DNA of 64,000 nt from a virus (taxonomy: Duplodnaviria > Caudoviricetes). The translations under genes were made by a program, and so were the position numbers. The notes under the pieces are model-generated. The model saw only the letters and a list, made by a program, of their open reading frames with translations. It ran no database searches and had not been told where the DNA came from. This document shows positions 28,397 through 37,204 of this stretch, piece by piece. The stretch is from the IMG/VR virus record IMGVR_UViG_3300042291_001013. One strand, given 5' to 3'. Each line of letters starts with the position of its first letter. The stretch's first letter is position 1.

Positions 28397-28609
28397 TTAC
28401 TGCCATTTCAGTTGATAGAATGTTGCCAAGGCTGGATTTTGAAAACTAAACACTGTGTGCTTTGGGCGTTCCTGCGTGAAGCCATCCCAATGTGCTGGAT
28501 GATATTCCCACTCAAAATCTTCATGCATGATCAGCCCATCCTGCACCAGTTGATCTCTGAGCCACATGGCCTCAACGGGCTCTATGTCTCGCAAGATAAC
28601 TCTATACAT
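28397..28609 (-). CDS. small protein, same family
   Basis: TVFSFQNPALATFYQLKW. Confidence 0.6.
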   Translation of the reverse strand: MYRVILRDIEPVEAMWLRDQLVQDGLIMHEDFEWEYHPAHWDGFTQERPKHTVFSFQNPALATFYQLKWQ

Positions 28610-28833
28610 CTGGCCTGTCCATTCTTTAACACAAACAACATGCGATCCTGTGGATCACGAAACCACCACACCATTTCATTTATGTTGATTTCAGTGATGT
28701 AGCGATTGCCAGGTAAGCCGAATGTTTCTATGCCCCAGATAGACACTTCGTCCCACTTGGTTATGGTGTCATAGGGCCGGCCCCAGGTCAAGTGAGCACC
28801 GTGTGGGAAATCAGGGTCTTGCAAGCCATTCAC
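28582..28833 (-). CDS. small protein, same family
   Basis: MVWWFRDPQDRMLFVLK. Confidence 0.55.
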   Translation of the reverse strand: MNGLQDPDFPHGAHLTWGRPYDTITKWDEVSIWGIETFGLPGNRYITEININEMVWWFRDPQDRMLFVLKNGQARCIELSCET

Positions 28834-29059
28834 TCCTTATAATTGAGTCACACTTGACCCAATTTCGTTCGTAGTACAGTCGATTGTCTGAGATACCAAA
28901 GTGGTTGCAAAAACTCTGTCCGTAACGTTGATCAACCAGGGCATGCCAGGTGTAGATTTTTTGCCACTCATGATAATTATCTTCGCTAACCGAACCAGGT
29001 TCTGCGCTGTTTTCTTGGGCGTACATGATGTCGCGTACCATGTGTTGTAGTCCGGTCAT
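28811..29059 (-). CDS. hypothetical protein
   Basis: ORF in a coupled run. Confidence 0.55.
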   Translation of the reverse strand: MTGLQHMVRDIMYAQENSAEPGSVSEDNYHEWQKIYTWHALVDQRYGQSFCNHFGISDNRLYYERNWVKCDSIIRSEWLARP

Positions 29060-29346
29060 TGTGATTTCTTTGTAATTAAGTCGTCAGTGCAACCTGTGCA
29101 GGTTGCTTGTTTACACACATTGGTCCTGGGCGACCACTCAGTTAATGCATTGCCAAGATAATCGTTCTTACATTCTCCACTCCAGACATCAAAGTTTTTG
29201 TCAATATAAAATCTAGTTTCCCCGGCACTGCAATTCCATCCTTGCCACTGATCCAAGCCTTGGTTGTGTAGCCAGTTGGCATACACAAGGTGTTCTTGAC
29301 CTTGGTCATCAGTCACGCGGCAGTTGTAGTTTTGATGTTTAATCAT
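29056..29346 (-). CDS. Cys-rich SPASM/twitch-like partner of the radical SAM protein
   Basis: WNCSAG..FYID..WSGEC..YLGN..C..C..C. Confidence 0.6.
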   Translation of the reverse strand: MIKHQNYNCRVTDDQGQEHLVYANWLHNQGLDQWQGWNCSAGETRFYIDKNFDVWSGECKNDYLGNALTEWSPRTNVCKQATCTGCTDDLITKKSQ

Positions 29347-29899
29347 GTATGAGATTGATGCTGTGACTGACATTGTGCAAATTCAGCAACTCTTGATAGT
29401 GTGGGAAATTGTGTCGATTCCAAGCTTCATCCATGATGTTGACATGACAACTTTTTGCCGGGCGTGTCATCACAGCATTGACTGCAATCACAGTTTCAAA
29501 GAACTTTTGTTCTTTCCAAAACTCTGAGTGAGTACTGAAACTGATTGCATCTACTAGCTGGGCCAGTCGTAGATAGTAGTCAGTACTGGCGCTACCATTG
29601 GTGGTCACAATGATTTGACTAATATCAAAGTTGTTGCGCAAGTGTTTGATCAAGGGCAAGAAGCTACGATTGGCAGTGACTTCGCCACCGGTGAAACTGA
29701 TTTTGTAAGGCAACCCCTGGGCATGTGTTTTGTCATAGAAGTTTTGCCACACCTGCTTGAGTGTGTCCAGCTCTGGGTGCGCACTGGTATCATCATGCAA
29801 CTCAGCAGGACAATACGAGCATGCATAGTTGCACCGTGATCCAATCATCCAAGTCATGCTTATGGCAGGCACAACTGGTTCAACTTGAACAATTTTCAT
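29339..29899 (-). CDS. radical SAM protein (core only)
   Basis: CNYACSYC (CX3CX2C), ISFTGGE, TTNGS. Confidence 0.85.
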   Translation of the reverse strand: MKIVQVEPVVPAISMTWMIGSRCNYACSYCPAELHDDTSAHPELDTLKQVWQNFYDKTHAQGLPYKISFTGGEVTANRSFLPLIKHLRNNFDISQIIVTTNGSASTDYYLRLAQLVDAISFSTHSEFWKEQKFFETVIAVNAVMTRPAKSCHVNIMDEAWNRHNFPHYQELLNLHNVSHSINLIHD

Positions 29900-30634
29900 T
29901 TATGGCAAACGCAAATCGTAAAGTTGATAATACCAACGGTCAGCATGGTAACCACGAAAGCTACTGGGTCTAACGCGATGTTTCAGCGCCACTTGTTCGC
30001 GTTCAAACAAACTGTCAATCATGCCCATCAAAGGATTGTCAGTCCTGATTGAAAACGCAAAAGGTATACCACCAGTTCCGGTTGTCCACCAGTACTGATT
30101 GATTTCTCCTGATCGACGACTGCGAAATATCTTACGCAGTGGCTGGAAGGACATTACCATGGGTTGTGAATCTATCAGCACTGGAGAGATGGCTTTGCTG
30201 TTGACAGTATTTTCTACCACATGGTCAATGTCAAGATCTTCTGCGTAAAAATACGGCAAGCGATACAACATGCCTATTTCTTCTTTGGTAATCTCCAACT
30301 GATCAGTTACCAGGGCACCCAGCTTGCGTCTAAACTCACTAACCTTCCCGTTAACGTTTTTTAACGCAGACATCACCAGTCGTTCACGATAGTACGTTCG
30401 CAAGGCCTGAGCCTGTTCAATGTCATCCTGCCATACCACTACATTGTCAATGTCTTCCCAACGACGTGCAGGGGTTTCTTTCCATATACGATAGCTGGCA
30501 CAGGCACAGGCAATGGGATCTTGTTTGAAAGTTATAATCTTTTTGGATGGTGGGTTCCCTATTAGGCGACCTTCAACATCGTCAAGCAAGTCTTGAATCC
30601 ATGGTGTGGCGCCAACAATTTGTACATTAGGCAT
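29900..30634 (-). CDS. hypothetical protein
   Basis: Long ORF in the operon. Confidence 0.65.
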   Translation of the reverse strand: MPNVQIVGATPWIQDLLDDVEGRLIGNPPSKKIITFKQDPIACACASYRIWKETPARRWEDIDNVVVWQDDIEQAQALRTYYRERLVMSALKNVNGKVSEFRRKLGALVTDQLEITKEEIGMLYRLPYFYAEDLDIDHVVENTVNSKAISPVLIDSQPMVMSFQPLRKIFRSRRSGEINQYWWTTGTGGIPFAFSIRTDNPLMGMIDSLFEREQVALKHRVRPSSFRGYHADRWYYQLYDLRLP

Positions 30635-30636
30635 GT

Positions 30637-31365
30637 TCAATCCCAAAGAGCTTGGTAGTATTTGCCAAACAAGCGGAAGCCGTTGTCAATTCGAGCTTGA
30701 ACTACCTTCATACCTTCATAATCGCACTTGTAGGTGTCCTTGGGACCTTTGCCCATTTGGTAGAACTTGTGTTCTCCTTTGGGCACTTCGTTGCCATCTG
30801 CGTCCACAGGAATCCAAAGAATATCATGTTCGCCTTCGCGGAATGCTTCTTCCCACGAGTCATCCACTTTGCATTCAAACGCAAAGATCATTTCGCCCAT
30901 GGCCCAGTCCCAACGCTTGAAGTGGTTTTCATCTGTGTCCCACTCGTTCTTCTTGGGAGGTGCCGCAGTGCTTTTGAGTTCGTCAGGCACATCCTCATCG
31001 TCTACAAACGGACTACCATGCTTGACTTCTTTCAGTTGCCGGAGCATGGGCAGGATAATAGGACTCAGAGTATGATCCATGCTCCAGGTGTCATAGTGAT
31101 CAATCTTTACATAGTTGATGGCCGGATGCACTCGATCCCAAACCCATGCAATAGCTTTGCTGATGGGGGTGAGTCGATCACTCCATTTTTCCACCCACTC
31201 TGGGCGTTCCACATATTTGTGTTCACGCTCTTCGGCCAGTGAACGAATCACAGTTTTGTCTCGACTGCACTTGCTCCAGTCAGTCCAAAAGAACGCATAG
31301 TCCAACATGGTGTAGGGACTAATCCAGTGATCTCGATACTTACTAATGTAAACTTTCATTACCAA
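30637..31365 (-). CDS. conserved T4-like hypothetical protein
   Basis: DTWSMDHTL..IILPML, RWDW..EMIFAF, LFGKYYQALWD. Confidence 0.7.
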   Translation of the reverse strand: MVMKVYISKYRDHWISPYTMLDYAFFWTDWSKCSRDKTVIRSLAEEREHKYVERPEWVEKWSDRLTPISKAIAWVWDRVHPAINYVKIDHYDTWSMDHTLSPIILPMLRQLKEVKHGSPFVDDEDVPDELKSTAAPPKKNEWDTDENHFKRWDWAMGEMIFAFECKVDDSWEEAFREGEHDILWIPVDADGNEVPKGEHKFYQMGKGPKDTYKCDYEGMKVVQARIDNGFRLFGKYYQALWD

Positions 31366-31565
31366 TCTCCGTTATCTATCCAAATACGCACAATTAAAAA
31401 TGTCCAGCCCACTGACCAGCATCTTTCATTGGGGCTGGGCCAACCATCGTTGTAGTCTCGTCTGGCCCAGGGTACCCAACGCCAATGATAGGGATTCAGT
31501 GTTATTATAACACTAAGTCCACTATAGGCCAACCACTTTAAATATCCACGGTTAGAAGTTTCCAT
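31359..31565 (-). CDS. hypothetical Trp-rich protein (start uncertain)
   Basis: Fills the gap between two genes. Confidence 0.45.
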   Translation of the reverse strand: METSNRGYLKWLAYSGLSVIITLNPYHWRWVPWARRDYNDGWPSPNERCWSVGWTFLIVRIWIDNGDW

Positions 31566-32404
31566 TCTTCAGCCCTCGCTTCATGTCCAGCATATCCACG
31601 TGGGTTGCACACCACACGAGTTTCACCAACCATGTAGTCAAATGGGTGATGAGTATGTCCATGTGTCCATAGTTTAATCTGTGGACGATCCTTGATAAAC
31701 TCCTCCATGTCCGAACTGTAGCCACCGTTCATGATGGTATCGTGTTTGTACATTTCATGAGTGCTCAACCGACTTGGTGCATGATGCCCAACCACAACAT
31801 ACTTGTTGGGGTCTTCACCAAGAAAAGCAGTTACCACTTGAATATACTCTTTCATTTTCACATGTTCCGTCACAGCGTCTTCGGGGCTGAACTTGGCCAC
31901 GCGAGTTCGAAACTCACCTTCTTGTGTTCTAAAGTGAACTGGCACGGCGCTGTTTTGAATAACACGGAAGTCATTCATCATGGTTCGCATGTGATACAAT
32001 GTGAGTTCATCTCGATTGTTCATGTCGGTCCACAATGTGCCACCAATAAAAGTCACGCCATTAATTACTTTGATTTCACGTTCCAGAATATACAAGTTAC
32101 TCAAGTGTGCCAGTTTACGACGCACTTCACCTAACTCTGTAGCAAAATCACTGTGATAGTATTCATGGTTGCCCATGATGTAGATCACGTGGGGAAAGTT
32201 TGCGGCGCAACGCTCAAAGAAATCATGAAACATTTCCGAACGCCACCGAGCAAAGCCCATGTCAGTTTGTCTACGATCGCGCATGTCTAAGTCAGCGGCC
32301 ACACAGATATCGCCGCTGAGAATTAGTACTTCGGCATTGTCAGTGTTAACAATGTCCAAGTCTCCAAACTCAAGATGGATATCAGATGCTACTGCTATTT
32401 TCAT
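31538..32404 (-). CDS. metallophosphoesterase (calcineurin-like)
   Basis: SDIHLE, SGDI, GNHEYY, GHHAP, HGHTH motifs. Confidence 0.9.
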   Translation of the reverse strand: MKIAVASDIHLEFGDLDIVNTDNAEVLILSGDICVAADLDMRDRRQTDMGFARWRSEMFHDFFERCAANFPHVIYIMGNHEYYHSDFATELGEVRRKLAHLSNLYILEREIKVINGVTFIGGTLWTDMNNRDELTLYHMRTMMNDFRVIQNSAVPVHFRTQEGEFRTRVAKFSPEDAVTEHVKMKEYIQVVTAFLGEDPNKYVVVGHHAPSRLSTHEMYKHDTIMNGGYSSDMEEFIKDRPQIKLWTHGHTHHPFDYMVGETRVVCNPRGYAGHEARAEEWKLLTVDI

Positions 32405-32768
32405 TTTTAATCTCTTGAAGTTGTTTTTTCAATACTTGCAATGCTGTGTTATCACCGTTATACAACGAAGCTGACTTGCCTGGATATCGTGTTTTGAATT
32501 TTTCAATGATCTCATCAAGGTCAGCGCCCTGACACACAAAGTCCATGGTAAAGCTATGGTAACAAAGGTACTGATCTTGGTATTGCTCAATGGTAAGTGG
32601 GATAAGACGATTTTGTGCCAATTCTTCAACCACTTCATTTAGCTCTTGACTGACATGGGCTTCAATTCGGCGTGACAACCACAGTACCAACAAGTTAAAG
32701 GCTACGATTACCAGGGCCGCTACCAGGAGCATTTCGCCCACAAACATTAAAAGTTCAGACATTTCCAT
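32382..32768 (-). CDS. membrane-anchored hypothetical protein
   Basis: N-terminal TM helix; TAAATA just upstream. Confidence 0.6.
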   Translation of the reverse strand: MEMSELLMFVGEMLLVAALVIVAFNLLVLWLSRRIEAHVSQELNEVVEELAQNRLIPLTIEQYQDQYLCYHSFTMDFVCQGADLDEIIEKFKTRYPGKSASLYNGDNTALQVLKKQLQEIKNENSSSI

Positions 32769-32781
32769 AGTATATTTACTT

Positions 32782-33081
32782 TCAGCCTCGCATGGATTCT
32801 AGTGTGATCAGTTTGCCTAACTCAGCATTGAAGTCATGATCATCGGGCACAACATAGATCTTGTTGTCATGGCGGTCAGTCTTGTGATCGTATCGCCTAA
32901 ATGAAACAATTTTTCCACCATTGGCAGTGGTTATTGACAAGCTGAGATTCTCATGCCAGTCATGCTCGCGAGCAATTGATCTACTGGCCTTGGTCATTGG
33001 CATTACCTCATTGGTAGCATTGCCTGCCTCTTCCCAGTCTTCGCGAACCCACTTAACTACTATGCGTTTCAACCACTTCAT
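32782..33081 (-). CDS. hypothetical protein
   Basis: Start MKWLKR; ATGA coupling. Confidence 0.6.
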   Translation of the reverse strand: MKWLKRIVVKWVREDWEEAGNATNEVMPMTKASRSIAREHDWHENLSLSITTANGGKIVSFRRYDHKTDRHDNKIYVVPDDHDFNAELGKLITLESMRG

Positions 33082-33530
33082 GCTGTTTTCCTTTGCTTCA
33101 AATATTGTTCCCACTGCACCCACTGATTCCGAACCAGGAAACCCCAATCACGTTGTTTAGGGCCGGGACAGAACAAGGTCCAACAGTCCACGCCTGGATC
33201 AAGTTCCACTCTGTGGTACTGATTGGCTCGTGCCCAACGAAAACTGCCAGCCCCACACCACTTGGCAAGTTCGCCAATCTTGCGCCCTTGTGCATCAAAC
33301 TGCGGTCGCCATTCCCAGTAGCCACCTTTCAAGATCACAGTAAAGAAAGGCCAAGGATGATCATGTACATCATCCGGATCACTCTTGAGAAACTTGTGTA
33401 CAAAGATGTTGAACGGGAATCGTTTCCTATCCTTGAGAAACACATAGTAGCGTTCCAAGTAAGGCTCACCATTCACACGGTCCATGATTATGCGATATCG
33501 ACCCAATCGCTGAAAGAGTTTTTTAAGCAT
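33078..33530 (-). CDS. cupin-fold phage protein
   Basis: HDHPW..ILKGGYWE..YHRV..WTLF. Confidence 0.65.
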   Translation of the reverse strand: MLKKLFQRLGRYRIIMDRVNGEPYLERYYVFLKDRKRFPFNIFVHKFLKSDPDDVHDHPWPFFTVILKGGYWEWRPQFDAQGRKIGELAKWCGAGSFRWARANQYHRVELDPGVDCWTLFCPGPKQRDWGFLVRNQWVQWEQYLKQRKTA

Positions 33531-33536
33531 ACAGTT

Positions 33537-33565
33537 ATTATACAGGAAAAGTTAATAGTGGTCAA
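33537..33565 (-). promoter_or_regulatory. promoter TTGACC-N17-TATAAT, 6 nt before ATG
   Basis: Read directly. Confidence 0.75.
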
Positions 33566-33567
33566 AT

Positions 33568-33593
33568 GAAAAACCCGGCATTGCACCGGGTTT
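33568..33593. terminator. intrinsic terminator hairpin
   Basis: AAAACCCGG-cattgca-CCGGGTTTT. Confidence 0.7.
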
Positions 33594-33634
33594 TGTACCA
33601 CTGTGGACTGTTTGGGCAGTCCAGCGAGTTTGGG

Positions 33635-33901
33635 TTAGACCAAACCAAGTGCCATAGCTTTGTAACCGGCGGCTACAATTTTACGGCTAGGTTTGCCAAT
33701 CACATACTCAGTGACCTTGACACCGTTACCAGCTTTGCGTTGGTTTGCATAAACTGCAAAACCAGCTTGGCGAACACGGCTAACTTCAGCCGAAATGTTC
33801 TTGATGCCAAAACGCTTTTCAGCCTGGCTAGCGGTAACTGCCTCACCATTGATCATGGCATTGAACAGTTTGTAAGTTTTTGTATCTTCGTTAAAACGCA
33901 T
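33635..33901 (-). CDS. winged-helix-like DNA-binding protein
   Basis: GEAVTASQAEKRFGIKNISAEVSRVRQAGF; SD AGGAG. Confidence 0.65.
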   Translation of the reverse strand: MRFNEDTKTYKLFNAMINGEAVTASQAEKRFGIKNISAEVSRVRQAGFAVYANQRKAGNGVKVTEYVIGKPSRKIVAAGYKAMALGLV

Positions 33902-34122
33902 GTTAAATCTCCTTAAAAAGATGCCGTTGCGTACACAGCATTTAGCTATTATATGAGATCTGTGCGACAAAATCAAGCAGTTTGGCAAAGTACTTTTTCA
34001 ATACAACTATATTTGGCCAGGCTCGCCAAAACGTGTCAACGACTGCATGGTCTGTGGCGTTATATATGTGTAGCAGGAAGGTTCTTGCTACAGTTTCAAC
34101 CTTAACCTAAATGGAGAAAACT

Positions 34123-34356
34123 ATGAAACAATTGATCACTCTCATCGCCACTACTGCTTTTGCAGTTACCGCTTTTGCTCAGGCACCTGCTGCCAAGAAA
34201 GAAGAAGCCAAACCTGCTGTTGCCGCTCCTGCCGCTCCTGCCGCTCCTGCCGCAAGTGCTCCAGCCGCACCTGCCAAGAAAGAAGAAGCTAAAAAAGCCG
34301 ACACTAAAAGTGCCGACAAAGCTGGCGATAAAAAAGCCGAAGCTCCTAAGAAGTAA
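34123..34356 (+). CDS. secreted Ala/Pro/Lys-rich low-complexity protein
   Basis: Signal peptide MKQLITLIATTAFAVTAFA followed by APAAKKEE repeats; SD GGAG. Confidence 0.75.
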   Translation: MKQLITLIATTAFAVTAFAQAPAAKKEEAKPAVAAPAAPAAPAASAPAAPAKKEEAKKADTKSADKAGDKKAEAPKK

Positions 34357-34552
34357 TCCATTTAGGCTTTCGTCAATTAGGTACCAAGGACTTGTTCCGT
34401 CTGAGGTTCTAATTGACGATGAAGATCTAATTTCGTCAACCCGAAGGCCAAGAGTTGTACATGATCAAATCAATGATGACGATGAACTTTCGGATTACGT
34501 AAAAGCAAGATTGCTAACAGCCCGGATACTGGCTATGAAAAAGTATCATGAG

Positions 34553-34578
34553 ATTTGGGGCTGATGCCCCAAATTTCA
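34553..34578. terminator. hairpin or terminator
   Basis: GATTTGGGGC-tgat-GCCCCAAAT. Confidence 0.6.
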
Positions 34579-34658
34579 TTTTGTACGCACAATTGATAAA
34601 TACCAAGAACAGAACAATTCTGTCACTGTTCGGATCAAAAACATACAAGAGCGTAGAT

Positions 34659-35090
34659 ATGTTACACACCATCACAACCATTACTGAAGATTTAGAAACA
34701 CTGATCCTGGACGATCCTGTACGTCCCGAGATTCCTGTGAGTCAACGTGTTAATTCCAACTCAAGAATTTACATGCTCAAAGATGGAGACAAAACGTGTG
34801 CAGTCACCTGTGTAAAGTTTTTGGAAAGCATTCCAGCCGCAGTAGACGACATGGTTGGTTTGGTTGGGAGTGCCACAACTGCGGTATTTTACACCATTTG
34901 GAGTTACACCGCAGGTGCTGGACGAGATTTGATTGTTAAAGCTCAAGAATCAATCAAACAAGAGTTTCCTGGCATCCAAACCTATGTGACCTTGAGTCCC
35001 AAGACCGAGATGGCCAGAAAGTTCCATCTAAAAAATGGTGCCGGTATCTACCGCGAAAATTCCACCACTATAAATTACATCTATAAGTAA
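34659..35090 (+). CDS. hypothetical protein, possible GNAT-like fold
   Basis: FYTIWSYTAGAGRDLI..VTLSPKTEMARKFHLKNGA. Confidence 0.55.
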   Translation: MLHTITTITEDLETLILDDPVRPEIPVSQRVNSNSRIYMLKDGDKTCAVTCVKFLESIPAAVDDMVGLVGSATTAVFYTIWSYTAGAGRDLIVKAQESIKQEFPGIQTYVTLSPKTEMARKFHLKNGAGIYRENSTTINYIYK

Positions 35091-35160
35091 TAGGCTCGTG
35101 TAGCAATCTTGTCCTGCAAGGGGCGGGACTTGATAACACACACATACACAGGAGAAAAAC

Positions 35161-35382
35161 ATGAGCAAAACACCTTACGAGATCCGTCTCGAACTTCTCA
35201 AACTGGCCAACGAAATCTTGTTGACACCAGTCTACCAAAAACGATCAGCATTAGAAATGGAATGGAGTCACAAGCGAGAGCATGATTCTACTGTTCCTTT
35301 TCCGACCATGCCAGAGTTTCCTGGTACCGCTGACGTAATAGTCAAGGCCGAAGAACTCAAAAAGTTTGTAGACCAGGCGTAA
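35161..35382 (+). CDS. conserved phage small protein
   Basis: MSKTPYEIRLELLKLA pattern; SD AGGAG. Confidence 0.7.
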   Translation: MSKTPYEIRLELLKLANEILLTPVYQKRSALEMEWSHKREHDSTVPFPTMPEFPGTADVIVKAEELKKFVDQA

Positions 35383-35387
35383 AAGAT

Positions 35388-35409
35388 GAAAGCCCCGCAA
35401 GGGGCTTTC
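35388..35409. terminator. bidirectional terminator
   Basis: GAAAGCCCC-gcaa-GGGGCTTTC between convergent genes. Confidence 0.8.
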
Positions 35410-35425
35410 TTGTGAGTGGTACAGG

Positions 35426-35758
35426 TTACTTGTGCCAATGTCCTTCAAAACAGTGCCGCATTTCGTGCCCCAATACACTTAAAGTGGTATTGCGTCCGGT
35501 ATAGACTCTACAGCTGGTGGCGTTGAATTGAGTGCAACCCACATATCTGCGGCCTTCCATAAGCGGACTCATACCACGACAAGCCGCATCAATGTCATCT
35601 ACCACAATCCATTCCACTCGTTTGATTGGGTATGTGGACTGAGCTGTGAACTCCAAATCATATTTGCCGCTTGGGGGCATGGGTTGAGCGCCAGCGCAAC
35701 CAATCAAGCTGACCAGCATTGCAACAGATAAAAATTTAACCACGTACCGATTTGACAT
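35426..35758 (-). CDS. lipoprotein
   Basis: Lipobox LIGC; HEMRHCF metalloprotease-like HExxH. Confidence 0.6.
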   Translation of the reverse strand: MSNRYVVKFLSVAMLVSLIGCAGAQPMPPSGKYDLEFTAQSTYPIKRVEWIVVDDIDAACRGMSPLMEGRRYVGCTQFNATSCRVYTGRNTTLSVLGHEMRHCFEGHWHK

Positions 35759-36086
35759 GTTTGCAATCTCCTCTAAATTTGAATCCTGAACAGGTGCATG
35801 CCCAGTTGCCGTTGAGTTCTGTCACTTGGTAAACGTCGCCTTTGCTACCATGCACTTGGGTCACACGGCCTTCGGGCTCTTCCTCTTGCAGTTTGGTCTT
35901 GAACTGCACAGAGTTAACTGCAAACTTGCGCCCACGCAGATCAATGCGAATTGGGTTTTTGAATATCTTGATGGTGGTATCACGTGGACTGCGGTAAGCA
36001 TACATCTTGGTCTTGGAGTCGTTCAGCAAGTAGATGCCGTTGGGAGTGTGGTCTTTCCAATCAGTTGTTTCAGCAAACCATTTCAT
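35736..36086 (-). CDS. SWIM zinc-finger protein
   Basis: WACTCSGFKFRGDCKH. Confidence 0.75.
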   Translation of the reverse strand: MKWFAETTDWKDHTPNGIYLLNDSKTKMYAYRSPRDTTIKIFKNPIRIDLRGRKFAVNSVQFKTKLQEEEPEGRVTQVHGSKGDVYQVTELNGNWACTCSGFKFRGDCKHVKSVRG

Positions 36087-36283
36087 TTGGGCATGCTTTC
36101 TATCAAGGTTTTCATAATAACTTGCATGCGAACCAGACCTTGTTCAGGTGTTTCTTGTGGCACACACGCGGCCACAACCTTTTGTTGTTGAAACTTTAGT
36201 GCCGCGGCCTCACAAGCCTGGGCAGTGGAATATTGCCCTACATTTTGTGTGCCAGTGGCCAAGATCAAAATCACAGTCCACAT
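36083..36283 (-). CDS. small secreted protein
   Basis: Signal peptide and a Cys pair. Confidence 0.5.
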   Translation of the reverse strand: MWTVILILATGTQNVGQYSTAQACEAAALKFQQQKVVAACVPQETPEQGLVRMQVIMKTLIESMPK

Positions 36284-36285
36284 AA

Positions 36286-36408
36286 TCAAGTCCTCTTTTG
36301 CATGATACCGGCCAACACTTGCCGGGCTTGGGTAAAATCAGTGATGGGCAGTTCCATGGGAACCCAACCTGTGTAGGGCTGAGTCCAACGAATGGTGTAA
36401 AGAGTCAT
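36286..36408 (-). CDS. small protein (40 aa, not in ORF track)
   Basis: MTLYTIRWTQPY...; SD AAGGA. Confidence 0.5.
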   Translation of the reverse strand: MTLYTIRWTQPYTGWVPMELPITDFTQARQVLAGIMQKRT

Positions 36409-36420
36409 TATTTTGATTCC

Positions 36421-36504
36421 TTAAATTTTAGTAAGAATCCAAACCTTGACAGCAAAGATCACTGCCACCACTGCCACCGTTACAAGAATTTCCAAGTCTG
36501 TCAT
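36421..36504 (-). CDS. single-TM peptide (27 aa)
   Basis: MTDLEILVTVAVVAVIFAVKVWILTKI. Confidence 0.5.
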   Translation of the reverse strand: MTDLEILVTVAVVAVIFAVKVWILTKI

Positions 36505-36505
36505 T

Positions 36506-36649
36506 TTAGATTCCGGTATGAAAAGGATTGCGTCTACGCAGATGGGCCAGTGCGGCTTCTTTTGAATCAAAGCGACCACTGATGGGCGTCTGATGTGCGC
36601 CACGCACAATGTACCATCCGCCCAGTAAACCGTTGTAGATAACTTTCAT
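36506..36649 (-). CDS. small protein (47 aa, not in ORF track)
   Basis: MKVIYNGLLGGWYIVRGAHQTPISGRFDSK..; SD AAGGAG. Confidence 0.6.
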   Translation of the reverse strand: MKVIYNGLLGGWYIVRGAHQTPISGRFDSKEAALAHLRRRNPFHTGI

Positions 36650-36658
36650 ATCAACTCC

Positions 36659-36985
36659 TTAGTCTGCTCTTGAACTCATGTATGCAGTGATGCCATGCGC
36701 CTTGAGAACATCAGCGTAGGCCTGGGCACCTGCTTCTTTGATGTCCATGCTTTGCGTAAATGAGCCGCCGGGGTTCCAAAGTTGAAGTCCGCCACCATAA
36801 GCAGGCTTGAAGCCCACAGTTTTCAGCGCACGGCCCAGTTTGGTTGACGCCTTTTCGCTCACATGCACCCAGGCAAAACCACAGTAGCCGGGCTCGCCGT
36901 GCCGGGCACGAAAGTCTGCTTCGGCTTTTTGGGCCGCCGCTGTAGCGGTGTTGTGTACAGATTCAATATTTTCTAGTGCAAGCAT
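36659..36985 (-). CDS. conserved phage hypothetical protein
   Basis: CGFAWV motif; promoter at 37015-37043. Confidence 0.7.
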   Translation of the reverse strand: MLALENIESVHNTATAAAQKAEADFRARHGEPGYCGFAWVHVSEKASTKLGRALKTVGFKPAYGGGLQLWNPGGSFTQSMDIKEAGAQAYADVLKAHGITAYMSSRAD

Positions 36986-37014
36986 TTTGGCTCCTGTTGC
37001 GTTAATATGTGTAT

Positions 37015-37043
37015 ATTATAACAAATTGGGAATATTTGGTCAA
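37015..37043 (-). promoter_or_regulatory. repeated early promoter TTGACC-N17-TATAAT
   Basis: Read directly. Confidence 0.8.
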
Positions 37044-37141
37044 CCACGCAACCGTTTCATCAACAACTGATTCAGGGTTGGTTTGAGTCCCAACTTCTTG
37101 CGCAAGAGTTCACCCAGAGTTGGCTTTTTTTGTTTTGGCAT
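37040..37141 (-). CDS. basic 33-aa peptide with internal duplication (not in ORF track)
   Basis: MPKQKKPTLGELLRKKLGLKPTLNQLLMKRLRG; own promoter and SD. Confidence 0.55.
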   Translation of the reverse strand: MPKQKKPTLGELLRKKLGLKPTLNQLLMKRLRG

Positions 37142-37171
37142 CTTTGTTTCCTTTTTTGTTTTCATACTCGT

Positions 37172-37200
37172 ATTATAGCAAATTGGGAATATTTGGTCAA
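37172..37200 (-). promoter_or_regulatory. repeated early promoter TTGACC-N17-TATAAT
   Basis: Read directly. Confidence 0.8.
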
Positions 37201-37204
37201 CCAG

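Noticed and set aside
30652-31242. 196-aa plus-strand ORF and similar long antisense ORFs (e.g. 56876..57412, 25141..25662)
   Set aside because: They fully overlap well-supported minus-strand genes and have no motifs or RBS.
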